From an uncultured Gemmatimonadales bacterium (GTDB lineage Bacteria > Gemmatimonadota > Gemmatimonadetes > Gemmatimonadales > GWC2-71-9): a stretch of 64,000 bases of DNA. The position numbers and the translations under genes were made by a program. Shown here in pieces: positions 31,815 through 42,523 of the stretch (positions are counted from its first letter, which is position 1; every line of letters begins with the position of its first letter). Below the pieces are notes generated by a model. The model saw only the letters and a list, made by a program, of their open reading frames with translations, had not been told where the DNA came from and did no database searches. The stretch spans positions 992,001 to 1,056,000 of the forward strand of contig CAWHFW010000005.1 of NCBI GenBank assembly GCA_963828735.1, in the 5' to 3' direction.

Positions 31815-32936
31815 GTGGTACGCATACTGATGGGACACTCCCTCGCGTGGGCCTTGCTGTTTGCCGGGCCGATTCCGGCCCGAGCTCAGGATTCCACCAA
31901 TCATGCTCCCGACCATGCCGTGCATCAGGTTTTCAATCTACCGCGCTTCACCTTCGAGAGCGGAGCCACCGTCCCTAACGTGCGGGTCACCTATGGGACG
32001 TATGGCCGGCTCGACGCCGCGCGCGACAACGCGATTCTCCTGCCCTCGCATTACATGGCGGATCACCATGGATACGATTGGCTGATCGGTCCGGGGCTGG
32101 CGCTGGATACCACCCGCTACTTCCTCATCGCCACGGAGCTGTTCGGCAACGGACATTCGTCGTCCCCCAGCAACACTCCCGCGCCGTTCCACGGACCGAA
32201 GTTCCCGATCGCCACGATTCGCGACAACGTGGAAGCGGTGCACCGGCTCCTGGTCGAGCACCTAGGCATCACCCACGTTCAGGCAATCATCGGCTTCTCG
32301 ATGGGCGCGGAGCAGGCGTTTCAGTGGGCGGTGAGCTATCCCGACTTCAGCCCTCGGATCGTCGCGACGGCGGGGACCGCCCGATGCTGGCCGCACGGCG
32401 TGGTGCGATTGGAAAGCCAGATCGGGGCGATTCAGCTCGATCCCGAGTTCAAGAATGGGAACTACACCGCCAACCCGAAGCGCGGGGTAGAGCTGTTCGG
32501 ACTGGTTTGGGCTCCCTGGCTCTTCTCGCAGGAGTGGTGGCGACAGGAGTTGTGGCGTCGCGACATACCGAAGGCGAAAAGCCTGAACGAGTATCTCAAA
32601 TTATTCCAGGAGGGATGGAGCCAGCTCGACGCCAACGACCTGATCCTCCAGGCCCGCACTTGGCAGCGACACGATGTTGGAACCACGAAGGGCTTCGGCG
32701 GCAACACCGAGAAGGCACTCCGATCCATCACCGCGAGCGTGCTCTACATGCCCTCGGCGACCGACCTCTACTTCCCGGTGAGCGACGCCGAGCACGAGGC
32801 GCGCTTCATTCCCCATGTAACGTTGACGCCGATCCCGTCCCTCTGGGGCCATCCCGCCGGTGCCGGCGCCGACTCGGCCGACGCGCGATTCCTGAATCAG
32901 CACATCGCTGCATTTCTGGCTGCCGCTCCGAAGTGA
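31815..32936 (+). CDS. alpha/beta hydrolase, homoserine O-acetyltransferase-like, exported
   Basis: GFSMG nucleophile elbow, DANDL, WGH; AGGAG RBS before GTG; signal peptide. Confidence 0.85.
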   Translation: MVRILMGHSLAWALLFAGPIPARAQDSTNHAPDHAVHQVFNLPRFTFESGATVPNVRVTYGTYGRLDAARDNAILLPSHYMADHHGYDWLIGPGLALDTTRYFLIATELFGNGHSSSPSNTPAPFHGPKFPIATIRDNVEAVHRLLVEHLGITHVQAIIGFSMGAEQAFQWAVSYPDFSPRIVATAGTARCWPHGVVRLESQIGAIQLDPEFKNGNYTANPKRGVELFGLVWAPWLFSQEWWRQELWRRDIPKAKSLNEYLKLFQEGWSQLDANDLILQARTWQRHDVGTTKGFGGNTEKALRSITASVLYMPSATDLYFPVSDAEHEARFIPHVTLTPIPSLWGHPAGAGADSADARFLNQHIAAFLAAAPK

Positions 32937-33239
32937 CTAACAGAGGCACAAATAGGAGCGGTGCCACCGCGTATCGAGTGGCAAGGTGGACGCCGAGCTC
33001 CTCGTCCTGCGCATTCGAGAGTTTCCAAACAAATGAAGGATGGTTGAAAGGGGTGAACCGCGCCGCTGGCCTCTGCTCTTAACCCCTCAAAGGTCTGAGG
33101 TTACCGGGGTGACGGCACCTTCACAGGAATGTGGCAGACCAATACGAACATCACGAAGGGATAACCCACTCGATCCCTGAGACGGCGCCGTTGATCTAAC
33201 AGCGCCGACGGGTTCGGCAAGCCTTGGAGAACTTCCCGG

Positions 33240-33409
33240 TCTCCCACCACCAGGTGTTCGACGATCCCACCACGAACCAGTGGACATCAAAGGCTTCAAT
33301 GCCCACCGGGCAATCAAGCGGAGCGAGCGCGGTCGCAAAGGGCAAGCTGTTCGTGATCGGTGGATCAACTGGAAGCCTCGCCAGAAAGGTTCAAGTCTAT
33401 ACCCCATAG
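33240..33409 (+). pseudogene. Kelch-repeat C-terminal remnant
   Basis: DPTTNQWTSKASMPT...GKLFVIGG...VQVYTP-stop. Confidence 0.65.
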
Positions 33410-33694
33410 CCACCGCACAGGCCGGGTGTCGCGCTACTAAGGAGAAACCGCGTCGCTACCCGGCCTGAGCAAGGACTTGCTGGTACTACGACGAGGTCGG
33501 CTGGCCCACCGGGCGGAAGGATCTCTCCTTCCGCCCAGCAGCCTATCCCTTCTCCGCACCCGGGCCATCAACTCCACAAACTCGTCCGGATCAGGAAGTG
33601 CCACCTTCCGCACCTTCGCGGCCCGACGAATCCGGATCTTGATGGTTCGCACTTCCTCGTCGCTGTACTTGCCGGCGTCGAGAAACGGGTTCCG

Positions 33695-34216
33695 TCACCC
33701 TCGGCACTCTCCACGGTCGAAGTCGGTTGTAACGATGAACGACCCGTCGGGCAGGACGGTAATGTGGAAGATCAGGAGCGCGACAAAATTGGTCTCTCCG
33801 CCCTTGCTCACTACCTCAGCACCCTCCCGATGAGTGAACGAGACCTGTGTTGCCTCGGGGCTCGGCGAGGCGAACGTGTAGTGGTTAAGGTCGTTGAACA
33901 CATACTGGGTACCGCTTTGACCCACGGCCGTGCCTGAGATCTTGAAGAAGTCCGTGTAGTTTGTGAAGTTGCCCGACGCGGCACCTGGACCAACGCCATT
34001 GAAGACATGGAGTACCTCGCCAGTAAGCGTCAGCGTTTCCCCGATACAGGGAACTTCGATGACATCCGAGATCGCTTCACGGACGACTTCTCCCACGTGC
34101 GCCTTGATCAAATCGGGCTGGGACGCATTGAAGCCGACTGACCCGGGTTGAGTGGGCGAGTCGCACCCGGCTAGCAGGACAGCCAGGGCCAGGTACGTAG
34201 TAATGTGGTGCATCAT
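33695..34216 (-). CDS. hypothetical lipoprotein
   Basis: LAGC lipobox; similar to 56375-56912. Confidence 0.75.
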   Translation of the reverse strand: MMHHITTYLALAVLLAGCDSPTQPGSVGFNASQPDLIKAHVGEVVREAISDVIEVPCIGETLTLTGEVLHVFNGVGPGAASGNFTNYTDFFKISGTAVGQSGTQYVFNDLNHYTFASPSPEATQVSFTHREGAEVVSKGGETNFVALLIFHITVLPDGSFIVTTDFDRGECRG

Positions 34217-34397
34217 GTGCCTCGGGGTTGAAGGAAAGATTGAGTTGGCGAGCGGCGTCAAGCGCAAGGCTGCCCCTCTATGACCACGGGTCGGGGAACT
34301 AGCAGGGTCACACGTCATCTCGCTGCGGGCGCAACCGTAGAGCCGTGCCGGCGAGGAGGGCCCTGCCAGGACAGCCGCTCCGGTCAGGCCCAGGGAC

Positions 34398-34430
34398 TCG
34401 CATTGTCAGCGCCAGAGATCGCATTGTCAG
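34398..34430. promoter_or_regulatory. 12-bp direct repeat with 21-bp period (candidate operator)
   Basis: tcgcattgtcag x2 between divergent genes. Confidence 0.45.
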
Positions 34431-34610
34431 GGCCTCGTCGTGCACCTGCTCGTACCTGCACTCGCGTCCTTTCTGGCCAAATAGCGACATTCGCCCGCCG
34501 ACTTGCCCGGACGAAGCTTTGCAGAGTTGCCGCCCGGGTCCCTGGCCTGCATCTTGAAGTCAGGCATGGGGCTCCCCAGCAAACTCCGCAACTCGTCAGG
34601 ATCCCTTCCC

Positions 34611-35192
34611 ATGGGTCAGCCCGCGCCGCCCGTAAGCGGCGACACCCGGCAGATCACCGACCTCCTCCTCCAACTGCGTGACGGCGGCACCGAGACCACG
34701 GATCGGCTCTTCTCGCTGGTGTACGAGGAGCTCCGTCGGATCGCACACCGCCAGCTCCAGTTGGAGCGGCCTGGACACACCCTCGGCACGACCGGCCTGG
34801 TTCACGAGACCTACGTGCGAATGGTGGATCAGACGCGGGTCGAGTGGCGCGACCGGGCTCAGTTCTTCGGGGCCGCCGCGTGGGCGATGCGGCGCATATT
34901 GGTGGACTACGCCCGTCGGAACCGCGCCGCACGACGCGGCGGCGGGGCGCCCCGTCTCACGTTTGACGACGACGTGCCGGCCGCCGAGCGGAGCGAACTG
35001 GTGCTCGCCCTGGATGAAGCACTGGAGCGGCTCGCGGGATTCGACTGGCGGCTGAGCCAAGTGGTGGAATGTCGCTACTTCGGCGGACTCACCGAGGAGG
35101 AGACCGCCGATGTGCTGGGGGTGACCCGCCGGACGGTCCAGCGGGATTGGCTCAAGGCGCGGGCCTGGCTCCTCTTGGAAATGAACGGCTGA
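34611..35192 (+). CDS. ECF sigma factor (TIGR02999/ECF43-like)
   Basis: LVYEELRRIAH, HTLGTTGLVHETY, MRRILVDYAR, RYFGGLTEEETA, RDWLKARAWL. Confidence 0.9.
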   Translation: MGQPAPPVSGDTRQITDLLLQLRDGGTETTDRLFSLVYEELRRIAHRQLQLERPGHTLGTTGLVHETYVRMVDQTRVEWRDRAQFFGAAAWAMRRILVDYARRNRAARRGGGAPRLTFDDDVPAAERSELVLALDEALERLAGFDWRLSQVVECRYFGGLTEEETADVLGVTRRTVQRDWLKARAWLLLEMNG

Positions 35193-35220
35193 GGCCCGTA
35201 GTGCCGATCGGTGGCCGCCG

Positions 35221-38108
35221 ATGAATGCCGACATGATGGCGCGATGGGATGAGGTCGTACGGGTCGTGGACCAGGTGCTCGACAGTGACCCTTCCGAGCG
35301 TCCGGCGGTCGTCGAGCGGCTGTGCTCCGGCGATCCCGTCTTGCGCGGTGAGGTCGAGCGACTGCTCGATGCGTCGGCTCGCGCCGCCGAGTTCCTCTCC
35401 CAGCCCGCCGCGGCCGACGCCGCGCCGCTGGTCTCGTGGGTCGCCCGTCAGGAGGCTCAGGGATTGGCGGCGGGGACACGCTTCGGCGCGTACGAGGTGA
35501 TGGGCCTGCTGGGTCGGGGCGGGATGGCCACGGTCTACCTGGCCCAGGACCACAAGCACCACCGCCGCGTCGCGGTCAAGGTCCTTCACGCCGAAGTCGC
35601 CGCCGCGGTCCGTCGGGAGTGGTTTCTCCGCGAGATCGACACCGCCGCTGGGCTGCACCATCCGCACATCCTTACGCTGCACGACTCGGGCGACGTCGAT
35701 GGACAGCTCTACTACGTGATGCCGCACGTCGAGGGCGAGTCCTTGCGCCAGCGGCTGTCCCGCGAAGGCCGGATCCCGCTGGCGAGCGCGCGGCGCATCG
35801 CCCAAGAGGTGGCCGGAGCGTTGGACTACGCCCATCGCCAGGGCGTGGTGCATCGCGACATCAAACCGGAGAACATCCTGCTGCAGGACGGTCAGGCGGT
35901 CGTCGCCGACTTCGGCATCGCCCGAGCCATCGCCACGGGCGCCGCCAACGCCGGCACGGCAGGCACCCATCCCTGCCATGGGCACGCCGGCCTACATGAG
36001 CCCGGAGCAGGCTTCCTCCTTAGACACCGTGATCGACGGACGGACGGACATCTACGCCCTGGGATGCGTCTTGTATGAGATGCTGACTGGGCAGCCGCCC
36101 TTCACCGGCAAGTCAACGCAGGAGATTCTGGCGCGCCACGCCCGCGAGCCCGTGCTATCACTCCCTACGACGGGAGGAGCCGTAGCTCCCGCGGTTGAGA
36201 GAGCCGTCGTTCGGGCTCTAGCCAAGCTGCCCACAGATCGGTTCTCGAGTGCAGCCGAGTTTGGAAGTGCCCTCACCAGACACCGAAGAATCTGCGGGGG
36301 AAGGCTCGAGGTGGAGGCGCGCGCGCCGCTGGATTTTCGGCGCTGGAGTGCTCTCAGCGGCCCTTGCCGGACTTATCGCCCTCGGAGCTCACCGACAGGT
36401 CGAGGTTCGCCTGGGACACCGTAGTCCTCTGACCCTCTACCCCGGACTCGAAATCGACGCCGCGATCTCGCCAGACGGCCGCTTCCTCGCGTATGCGGCT
36501 GGATCCATGCCGCAACTCGTCATCTACGTGCGGCCGAATGCTGGCGGGACACCGGTGCCTCTGGCTCCCGCGCTCCCGCATCCCCAACGCTTCCCCACCT
36601 GGTCCCCCGATGGCCGGCGGATCCTGTTTCGCTCTCCTCGTGGTATCGAGGTGATCTCGGCGCTAGGCGGAGACGCGACGCTCTTGATTCGCGATCCGAG
36701 TGTGTCACAGCCTAAACGGCGCAAGCTCTGGGAGCGCAGCGCCGCGCTGATGCCGGGCGCGTGGTCACCGGACGGCCGACGATTCATCTATGTGCGTTCG
36801 GATTCTCTCTACATCGTAGGCATTGACGGCGGACCGTCACGGCTGGTCGCGCAAGGTGGCGAGCCTCATTTGCCTGTGTGGTCTCCGGACGGCCACTGGA
36901 TCGCCTTTGTCAGGGGGAACCGGCAGTCGCTGGAGCCGGGCTTCTATCTTGGCAACGTGGGGAAGAGCGCCGTCTGGCTGGTGCGAACCTCTGGGGGAGA
37001 GCCGATCCCCGTCACGGACGATCGATCGTCGAGTACCAGCCCCGCGTGGCTGCCCGACGGCCGAGCCCTTCTCTTCGTCTCAGATCGTGATGGTGGCCGC
37101 GACATCCATCTCACTAGGCTGAGTAGGAGCGGAAGGCCTGCTTCCACCTCTACCCGGCTCACGACGGGTCTCAATCCATGGGCTATCAGCCTCTCCGCCG
37201 ATGGCCGGCACCTGGTGTATTCGCTTTTCAGCGAGAGCTCGAACATCTGGACGTTGCCCATCCCGTCCCGGTCACCGGTCTCCGTATCGGAGGCACAGCC
37301 CGTGACAGCGGGCAACCAAGTGATCGAAGGCTTTGACGTGTCTCCCGATGGGCGGTGGCTTGCATTCGATACGGATCGGAGCGGGAATCCCGACATCTAC
37401 CGGGTCCCGGTTGAGGGCGGAGACCCGGAGCAGCTCACTACCGATCCGGGTGACGACTTCGGACCCTTGTGGTCCCCGGACGGCCGGGAGATTGCCTTTC
37501 ATGCGGTTCGTCTGGGACTGCGTCATGTCTTCGTGATGTCAGCTTCCGGGGAACAGCGGGTCCAAGTGACCCGGGGTAGTGAGGATGAGCGCAGCCCGGT
37601 TTGGCTCCACGGTGGGCACGGAATCCTCTTCATTCGTAATTTCGGCCGCGCCGACAAGGAGTTGCGAGTCGTGTTCAGGGATGCCGACGGTCGGTGGGGC
37701 ATCCCTCGAACGATTCTGCGTGGGGATATCCTCCAGGTGGCGGTGTCACCCGAGGGCGGCCAATTGGCGTTCTCGTCCAACCGCGGACTGAACCTCGGCA
37801 CCGCTACCGGAGACTCGCCTCGGATCTTGGTACCCGTCAACGACGCTGCCACCCAACTGCGACCCAGCTACCTGGGTTGGTCCGCGGATAGTCGCGAGAT
37901 CTACTACCTGGCCTTAGACCCAGCCGACCACGCCACAATCTGGTCGGTGCCCCGGGGGGGCGGCATCCCTCGTTTGCTCGTTCGGTTCGATGACCCATCG
38001 AAGACCTGGCATCGATACGGGTTCCGCGTGAGGGGCGGACGATTCTACCTCACTCTTGGGGACCGACAGAGCGACATCTGGGAGATGGAGGTGATACCTG
38101 GGCGCTAA
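35221..38108 (+). CDS. Ser/Thr kinase with TM and TolB/PD40 beta-propeller; two frameshifts (~35970, ~36275)
   Basis: GRGGMATVY, HRDIKPEN, DFG; GTPAYMSPE in next frame; multiple WSPDG repeats. Confidence 0.85.
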
Positions 38109-38554
38109 CCTGTCTTGGAGAAGAGCGCGAGACCCTCGCGGCTGACGGCGTGCACCGTGTGAACCGACGTGCAGGGCGACGCGCACGGCATCTCACTAGG
38201 GAGGTGTGTGGTGCACTGATCGGGGGAATGGAACAGCTCCCGTCTACCCTCCATCTCCGCGTAGGCTCCGGCGTGGCGGACGGCAGCAAGGACGACAACC
38301 TGATCCTGGACACGGACGGGCACTTGGAAGGGTTCGAGTCGCCGGCCAACGTCGCTGAGAATGGCGCGTCATTCGCCTGAGCCACGCCGGCGAGCGATAG
38401 AACGGGACGCGGAGCAGCCGCTCGAGCAGGTCCAGCGCCTTCTCCGCTCAAGTCTTGTTCGACATGTCGCTGCTGGCGCGAGCTCCCTAACGCGCTCCGA
38501 ACCCGCTCGCCCTGCGTCAGGTCCGGGCGCGGCTGGCGTGACATCACGAAGGCA

Positions 38555-38587
38555 AGCGAGAGATCTTGCCGGACAAGATCCCTCGCT
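38555..38587. repeat. REP-like inverted repeat
   Basis: agcgagagatcttg...caagatccctcgct; related to 1193-1290. Confidence 0.5.
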
Positions 38588-38624
38588 GCGCCCCAGAATC
38601 ACTGGGCGATGATGCCGCGCGAGC

Positions 38625-39257
38625 TCATTTCGGTCCGGCGCCTCCCATCGGGTTTGCGTCCGGCCGCAGGGCACGCAGTTGGCGATTCAGCGAGTCGAGC
38701 GACGCGCGCACATTGCCCTGTACCTCGTCCCAGTTGGCGGCGGTAGCGCTGGGCAGCCGGTCGACGTCGCGCCCCACAGCCTTCCGAGTCTTCTCGGCCG
38801 CCGCGACCGCGTTGGTATACGTCTTCGCGGCATCTTCGTTGACCCCCTGCCGCAGCTGGGCGAGCTCCTTATCCATCGCGGCGAGCTGCTTGTCCACGTC
38901 CTCGCGGAACGCGTCGCGGCGCTCGTACGAGTAAGAGGAGATCCCAAGCTCGTCGGCAGCTTTCTCGACGGTGCCGGCGGCATCGTCGACGGCAGTGTCG
39001 GCCTTGTCACCCGCATCCTTCGCGGCATCGCCGACCTTGTCGGCCGCGTCCTTCGTGGCATCGCCGACCTTGTGGGCCGCGTCCTCCGCGGTGTCCTCGG
39101 TCTTGACGGCCCCCTCGCGAACCGCTCCACTCGTCTGATCGCCTGTGGCCTCGACGCGGTCGGCTGAGTCCCTGTCGGTATCCCGGCGGCCTCTGTCCGC
39201 GCAAGCTGTTGTGAAGGCGACCGCGAGCGCGGCCGCTACCCAGGCAATTGTCCTCAT
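38625..39257 (-). CDS. lipoprotein with 11-mer LEA-like repeats
   Basis: GGAGG RBS; TTAC lipobox; DAAxKVGDAxK repeats. Confidence 0.8.
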   Translation of the reverse strand: MRTIAWVAAALAVAFTTACADRGRRDTDRDSADRVEATGDQTSGAVREGAVKTEDTAEDAAHKVGDATKDAADKVGDAAKDAGDKADTAVDDAAGTVEKAADELGISSYSYERRDAFREDVDKQLAAMDKELAQLRQGVNEDAAKTYTNAVAAAEKTRKAVGRDVDRLPSATAANWDEVQGNVRASLDSLNRQLRALRPDANPMGGAGPK

Positions 39258-39698
39258 ATGAAAGGCCTCCCTCGCTCGGTGAGTGGTTGGTTGCTTGTGC
39301 GCCCACTATAAGTGAATCGGGCTCGCAAGGGGGTGACGGTGCTCACGGGCGACCGCTAGCGGTCTGATGCGGGTGGGACGGTCACTGCTCATCTTCTCGG
39401 AACTCAAGCACGTGGGCGGCGACCGCCGGCACCTTCGCTCACCACGAGCTGCACGGGGGGCCGGTGACCGGAGGCCTCGCCTCACCGTCCGCATCGCCTG
39501 TCCGAAGGTGCACTATCAGCCGGCCGCGCCAGTTCCTAGCGTGCTCCCTGGCTCGCCTGTGAATCCTCACCAGTCGGGCAGGCGGGGGGCCGGCCAACGC
39601 GGGACGTATCCCAGGACGCTGAATGAAATCATCCGGCGCCGACCTGTGCCAGGCGCGCGCGGAGAGAGCGAGTGCCCTAACCCGAACGAGGATCGACG

Positions 39699-41678
39699 AT
39701 GAGGATCAACCACCGACTCACTTCTCCCGTTCCCCTCGCCACGCCGGCCTCCCGCATCATCGTCGCCGCAACGACGCTGATCCTCGCCGCGATCGGGGCA
39801 ACGATCCCTGCAGCCTACGCCCAAGATACCGGCAACCTCGACTCGGCCTCGGCGGCGAAAGCCTTCCCGGCGAAGCCTCCGTACTCGCCCTACGTGGGCC
39901 GCAACTACCCCACGCGGCCCCTATTCGGAGACACGCATCTCCACACCTCGTTCTCGATGGACGCCGGTGCGTTCGGTGCCCGGCTCGCTCCGCGTGACGC
40001 CTACCGATTCGCGCGCGGTGAAGAGGTTATGGCGTCCAGTGGCCAGCCGGCGAAACTCTCGCGACCGCTGGACTTTCTGGTCGTGGCGGACCACTCGGAC
40101 GGCATGGGGTTCTTTCCGCTGCTCCTCGCGGGAGGTCCCGAGATACAGGCCGATTCGCAGGGTCGCAAATGGAACGAGCAGATTCACGCTGGCAAGGGGG
40201 AGGAGGCGGCGCTCGATATCATCGTCAGCTTCGGCAGGGGTGCGATCTCGAAGGCCATCCTTCCTGTGCCCGGGACGGCCGCCTACCGCGACGCGTGGCA
40301 GGAAACCATCGCCGCCGCCGAAGCTTACAACGACCCGGGTCGGTTCACGGCGTTTATCGGTTTCGAGTGGACCTCCAACACCGGCGGAAACAATCTTCAC
40401 CGCAACGTCATCTTCCGCGACAACGCCGCCAAGGCCAGCCAAATCGAACCGTTTACCACCCAAAAACCGCTCGGCAGCGACAACCCCGTGGACCTCTGGA
40501 AGTGGATGGACGCGTACGAACAGAAGACCGGTGGCAGCGTGCTCGCCCTCGCACACAACGGCAATCTGAGCAACGGCCAGATGTTTCCGGTGGTCGAGGC
40601 GTTCGGGAAAGCCATCGACCGCGGGTATGCAGAGACCCGCGCAAAATGGGAGCGCCTCTATGAGGTCACGCAGACCAAGGGCGATGGCGAGACGCATCCG
40701 TTCCTCTCACCCACGGATGAGTTTGCCGACTTCGAGCGATGGGACAAGGGCAATCTCGACGGCACCGTGGCCAAGACAAAGGACATGCTCCAGTTCGAGT
40801 ACGCCCGCTCCGGTCTGCAGCTGGGCCTCAAGCTGGGCCAGAAGCTGGGCGTGAATCCCTACAAGTTCGGCATGGTCGGCAGCAGCGATGCCCACACCGG
40901 TCTGGCCGCCATGGAGGAGGAGAACTTCTTCGGCAAGACCACGCCACAGGAACCCAGTCCGGAACGGCTGACCGCCACCTTCATGAACAATCCGAAGACC
41001 GGCATAAAGATCATGGACTGGGAGGTCAGCGCCTCCGGGTACGCTGCGGTCTGGGCGAACGAGAACACGCGTGCGTCCATCTTTGACGCCATGGAGCGCA
41101 AGGAAACTTACGCCACCACCGGCTCGCGCATGATCGTTCGATTCTTTGGCGGCTGGGACTTCGAAAAGGCGGACGCCGAGACGCGCAGCCCCGCGGCAGT
41201 CGGCTATGCCAAGGGGGTGCCGATGGGCGGCGACCTTCGTGCCGCGCCGGCGGGCAAGACGCCGACCTTCCTTGTCGCCGCGCTCCGCGATCCCATCGGA
41301 GCGAACCTCGACCGGATTCAAATCGTGAAGGGGTGGATCGACGCGAAGGGCGTGATGAGCGAGAAGGTCTATGACGTCGTCTGGGGAGGGAGCCGGAAGC
41401 CCGATGCCAAGGGCAAGCTCCCGAGCGTGGGGAGCACGGTAGACGTCGCGAACGCGACCTGGAAGAACACTATTGGCGCGCCCGAATTGATCACTGTCTG
41501 GAAAGACCCGGACTTCGACGGGAAACAATCGGCCTTCTACTACGCGCGCGTGATCGAGATTCCCACGCCCCGGTGGACCGCCTACGACGCGAGGCGTTTC
41601 GGGGTGAAGCCGCTGCCTGGCACGAAGATGACCATCACCGAGCGCGCCTATACCTCGCCGATCTGGTACACCCCATGA
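39699..41678 (+). CDS. DUF3604 domain protein (PHP-like), exported
   Basis: FGDTHLHTSFSMDA, LDFLVVADH, GNNLHRNVIF, ERAYTSPIWY. Confidence 0.9.
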   Translation: MRINHRLTSPVPLATPASRIIVAATTLILAAIGATIPAAYAQDTGNLDSASAAKAFPAKPPYSPYVGRNYPTRPLFGDTHLHTSFSMDAGAFGARLAPRDAYRFARGEEVMASSGQPAKLSRPLDFLVVADHSDGMGFFPLLLAGGPEIQADSQGRKWNEQIHAGKGEEAALDIIVSFGRGAISKAILPVPGTAAYRDAWQETIAAAEAYNDPGRFTAFIGFEWTSNTGGNNLHRNVIFRDNAAKASQIEPFTTQKPLGSDNPVDLWKWMDAYEQKTGGSVLALAHNGNLSNGQMFPVVEAFGKAIDRGYAETRAKWERLYEVTQTKGDGETHPFLSPTDEFADFERWDKGNLDGTVAKTKDMLQFEYARSGLQLGLKLGQKLGVNPYKFGMVGSSDAHTGLAAMEEENFFGKTTPQEPSPERLTATFMNNPKTGIKIMDWEVSASGYAAVWANENTRASIFDAMERKETYATTGSRMIVRFFGGWDFEKADAETRSPAAVGYAKGVPMGGDLRAAPAGKTPTFLVAALRDPIGANLDRIQIVKGWIDAKGVMSEKVYDVVWGGSRKPDAKGKLPSVGSTVDVANATWKNTIGAPELITVWKDPDFDGKQSAFYYARVIEIPTPRWTAYDARRFGVKPLPGTKMTITERAYTSPIWYTP

Positions 41679-42523
41679 AAATGCTGCGAGAACCGCTGCT
41701 CCATTTCCTGCTGCTCGGCGCGGCGATCTTCGGCGCATACCGCCTGCTGTCCGATGCGCGCGCGACGCAGCCCGGGAACATTGTCATCACGCAGGGCCGG
41801 ATCGAGGCGCTCGTCGCGGCGTTCACGCGTTCCTGGCAGCGGCCGCCCACCGCGAGCGAACGCGAGGGACTGATCCGAGACTACATTCGCGAGGAGGTCT
41901 ACGTCCGCGAGGCGATCGCCCTCGGCTTGGATCAGGACGATATGGTCATCCGCCGCCGCCTTCGGCAGAAGCTGGAGTTCGTCTCCGAGGACCTGACAGC
42001 AGCGGCCGAGCCGACGGATGGCCAGCTGAGCGTGTACCTGACGGCGCATCCGGACGCATTCCGCGTTGAGCCTCGCTACACCTTCCGCCAGGTCTTTCTC
42101 GACCCGCGCCGCCGAGGTGACCAGCTCTCCCACGACGCCGCCCAGCTGCTCGGGCGGTTGCGACAGGGCGGCACCGACCCCGACACCTTGGGCGATACTT
42201 CGCTGTTGGATCGCAGGTTCGAGGCGCTCCCTGCCAGCCTGGCGGCGGAGCAGTTCGGCGATCAGTTCGCGGCGGCGCTCGGCGAGCTGCCGATCGGCCA
42301 ATGGCGTGGCCCCGTGGCCTCCCCCTATGGCGCGCATCTGGTCCTGGTCGACGACCGCACGGATGGCCGCGTGCCGGCCCTGGAGGAGGTGCGTGATGTC
42401 GTCCGCCGGGACTGGACCAATGCCCAGCGGACGGAGGCGAGCGAGAAGTACTATCACGCGCTGCTCCGGCGGTACACGATAACCGTCGAGCGCCCGCAGC
42501 CCGTGGTGGCGACGGCCCCATGA
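41675..42523 (+). CDS. PpiC-type peptidylprolyl isomerase-like protein
   Basis: REPLLHFLLLG, LDQDDMVIRRRLRQKLEF, GPVASPYGAHLV; ATGA overlap. Confidence 0.85.
   Translation: MKMLREPLLHFLLLGAAIFGAYRLLSDARATQPGNIVITQGRIEALVAAFTRSWQRPPTASEREGLIRDYIREEVYVREAIALGLDQDDMVIRRRLRQKLEFVSEDLTAAAEPTDGQLSVYLTAHPDAFRVEPRYTFRQVFLDPRRRGDQLSHDAAQLLGRLRQGGTDPDTLGDTSLLDRRFEALPASLAAEQFGDQFAAALGELPIGQWRGPVASPYGAHLVLVDDRTDGRVPALEEVRDVVRRDWTNAQRTEASEKYYHALLRRYTITVERPQPVVATAP

Noticed and set aside
32935..32990. GACTAAC after the hydrolase stop as an attC R'' box
   Set aside because: No L'' box, partner arm or complementary upstream core found.
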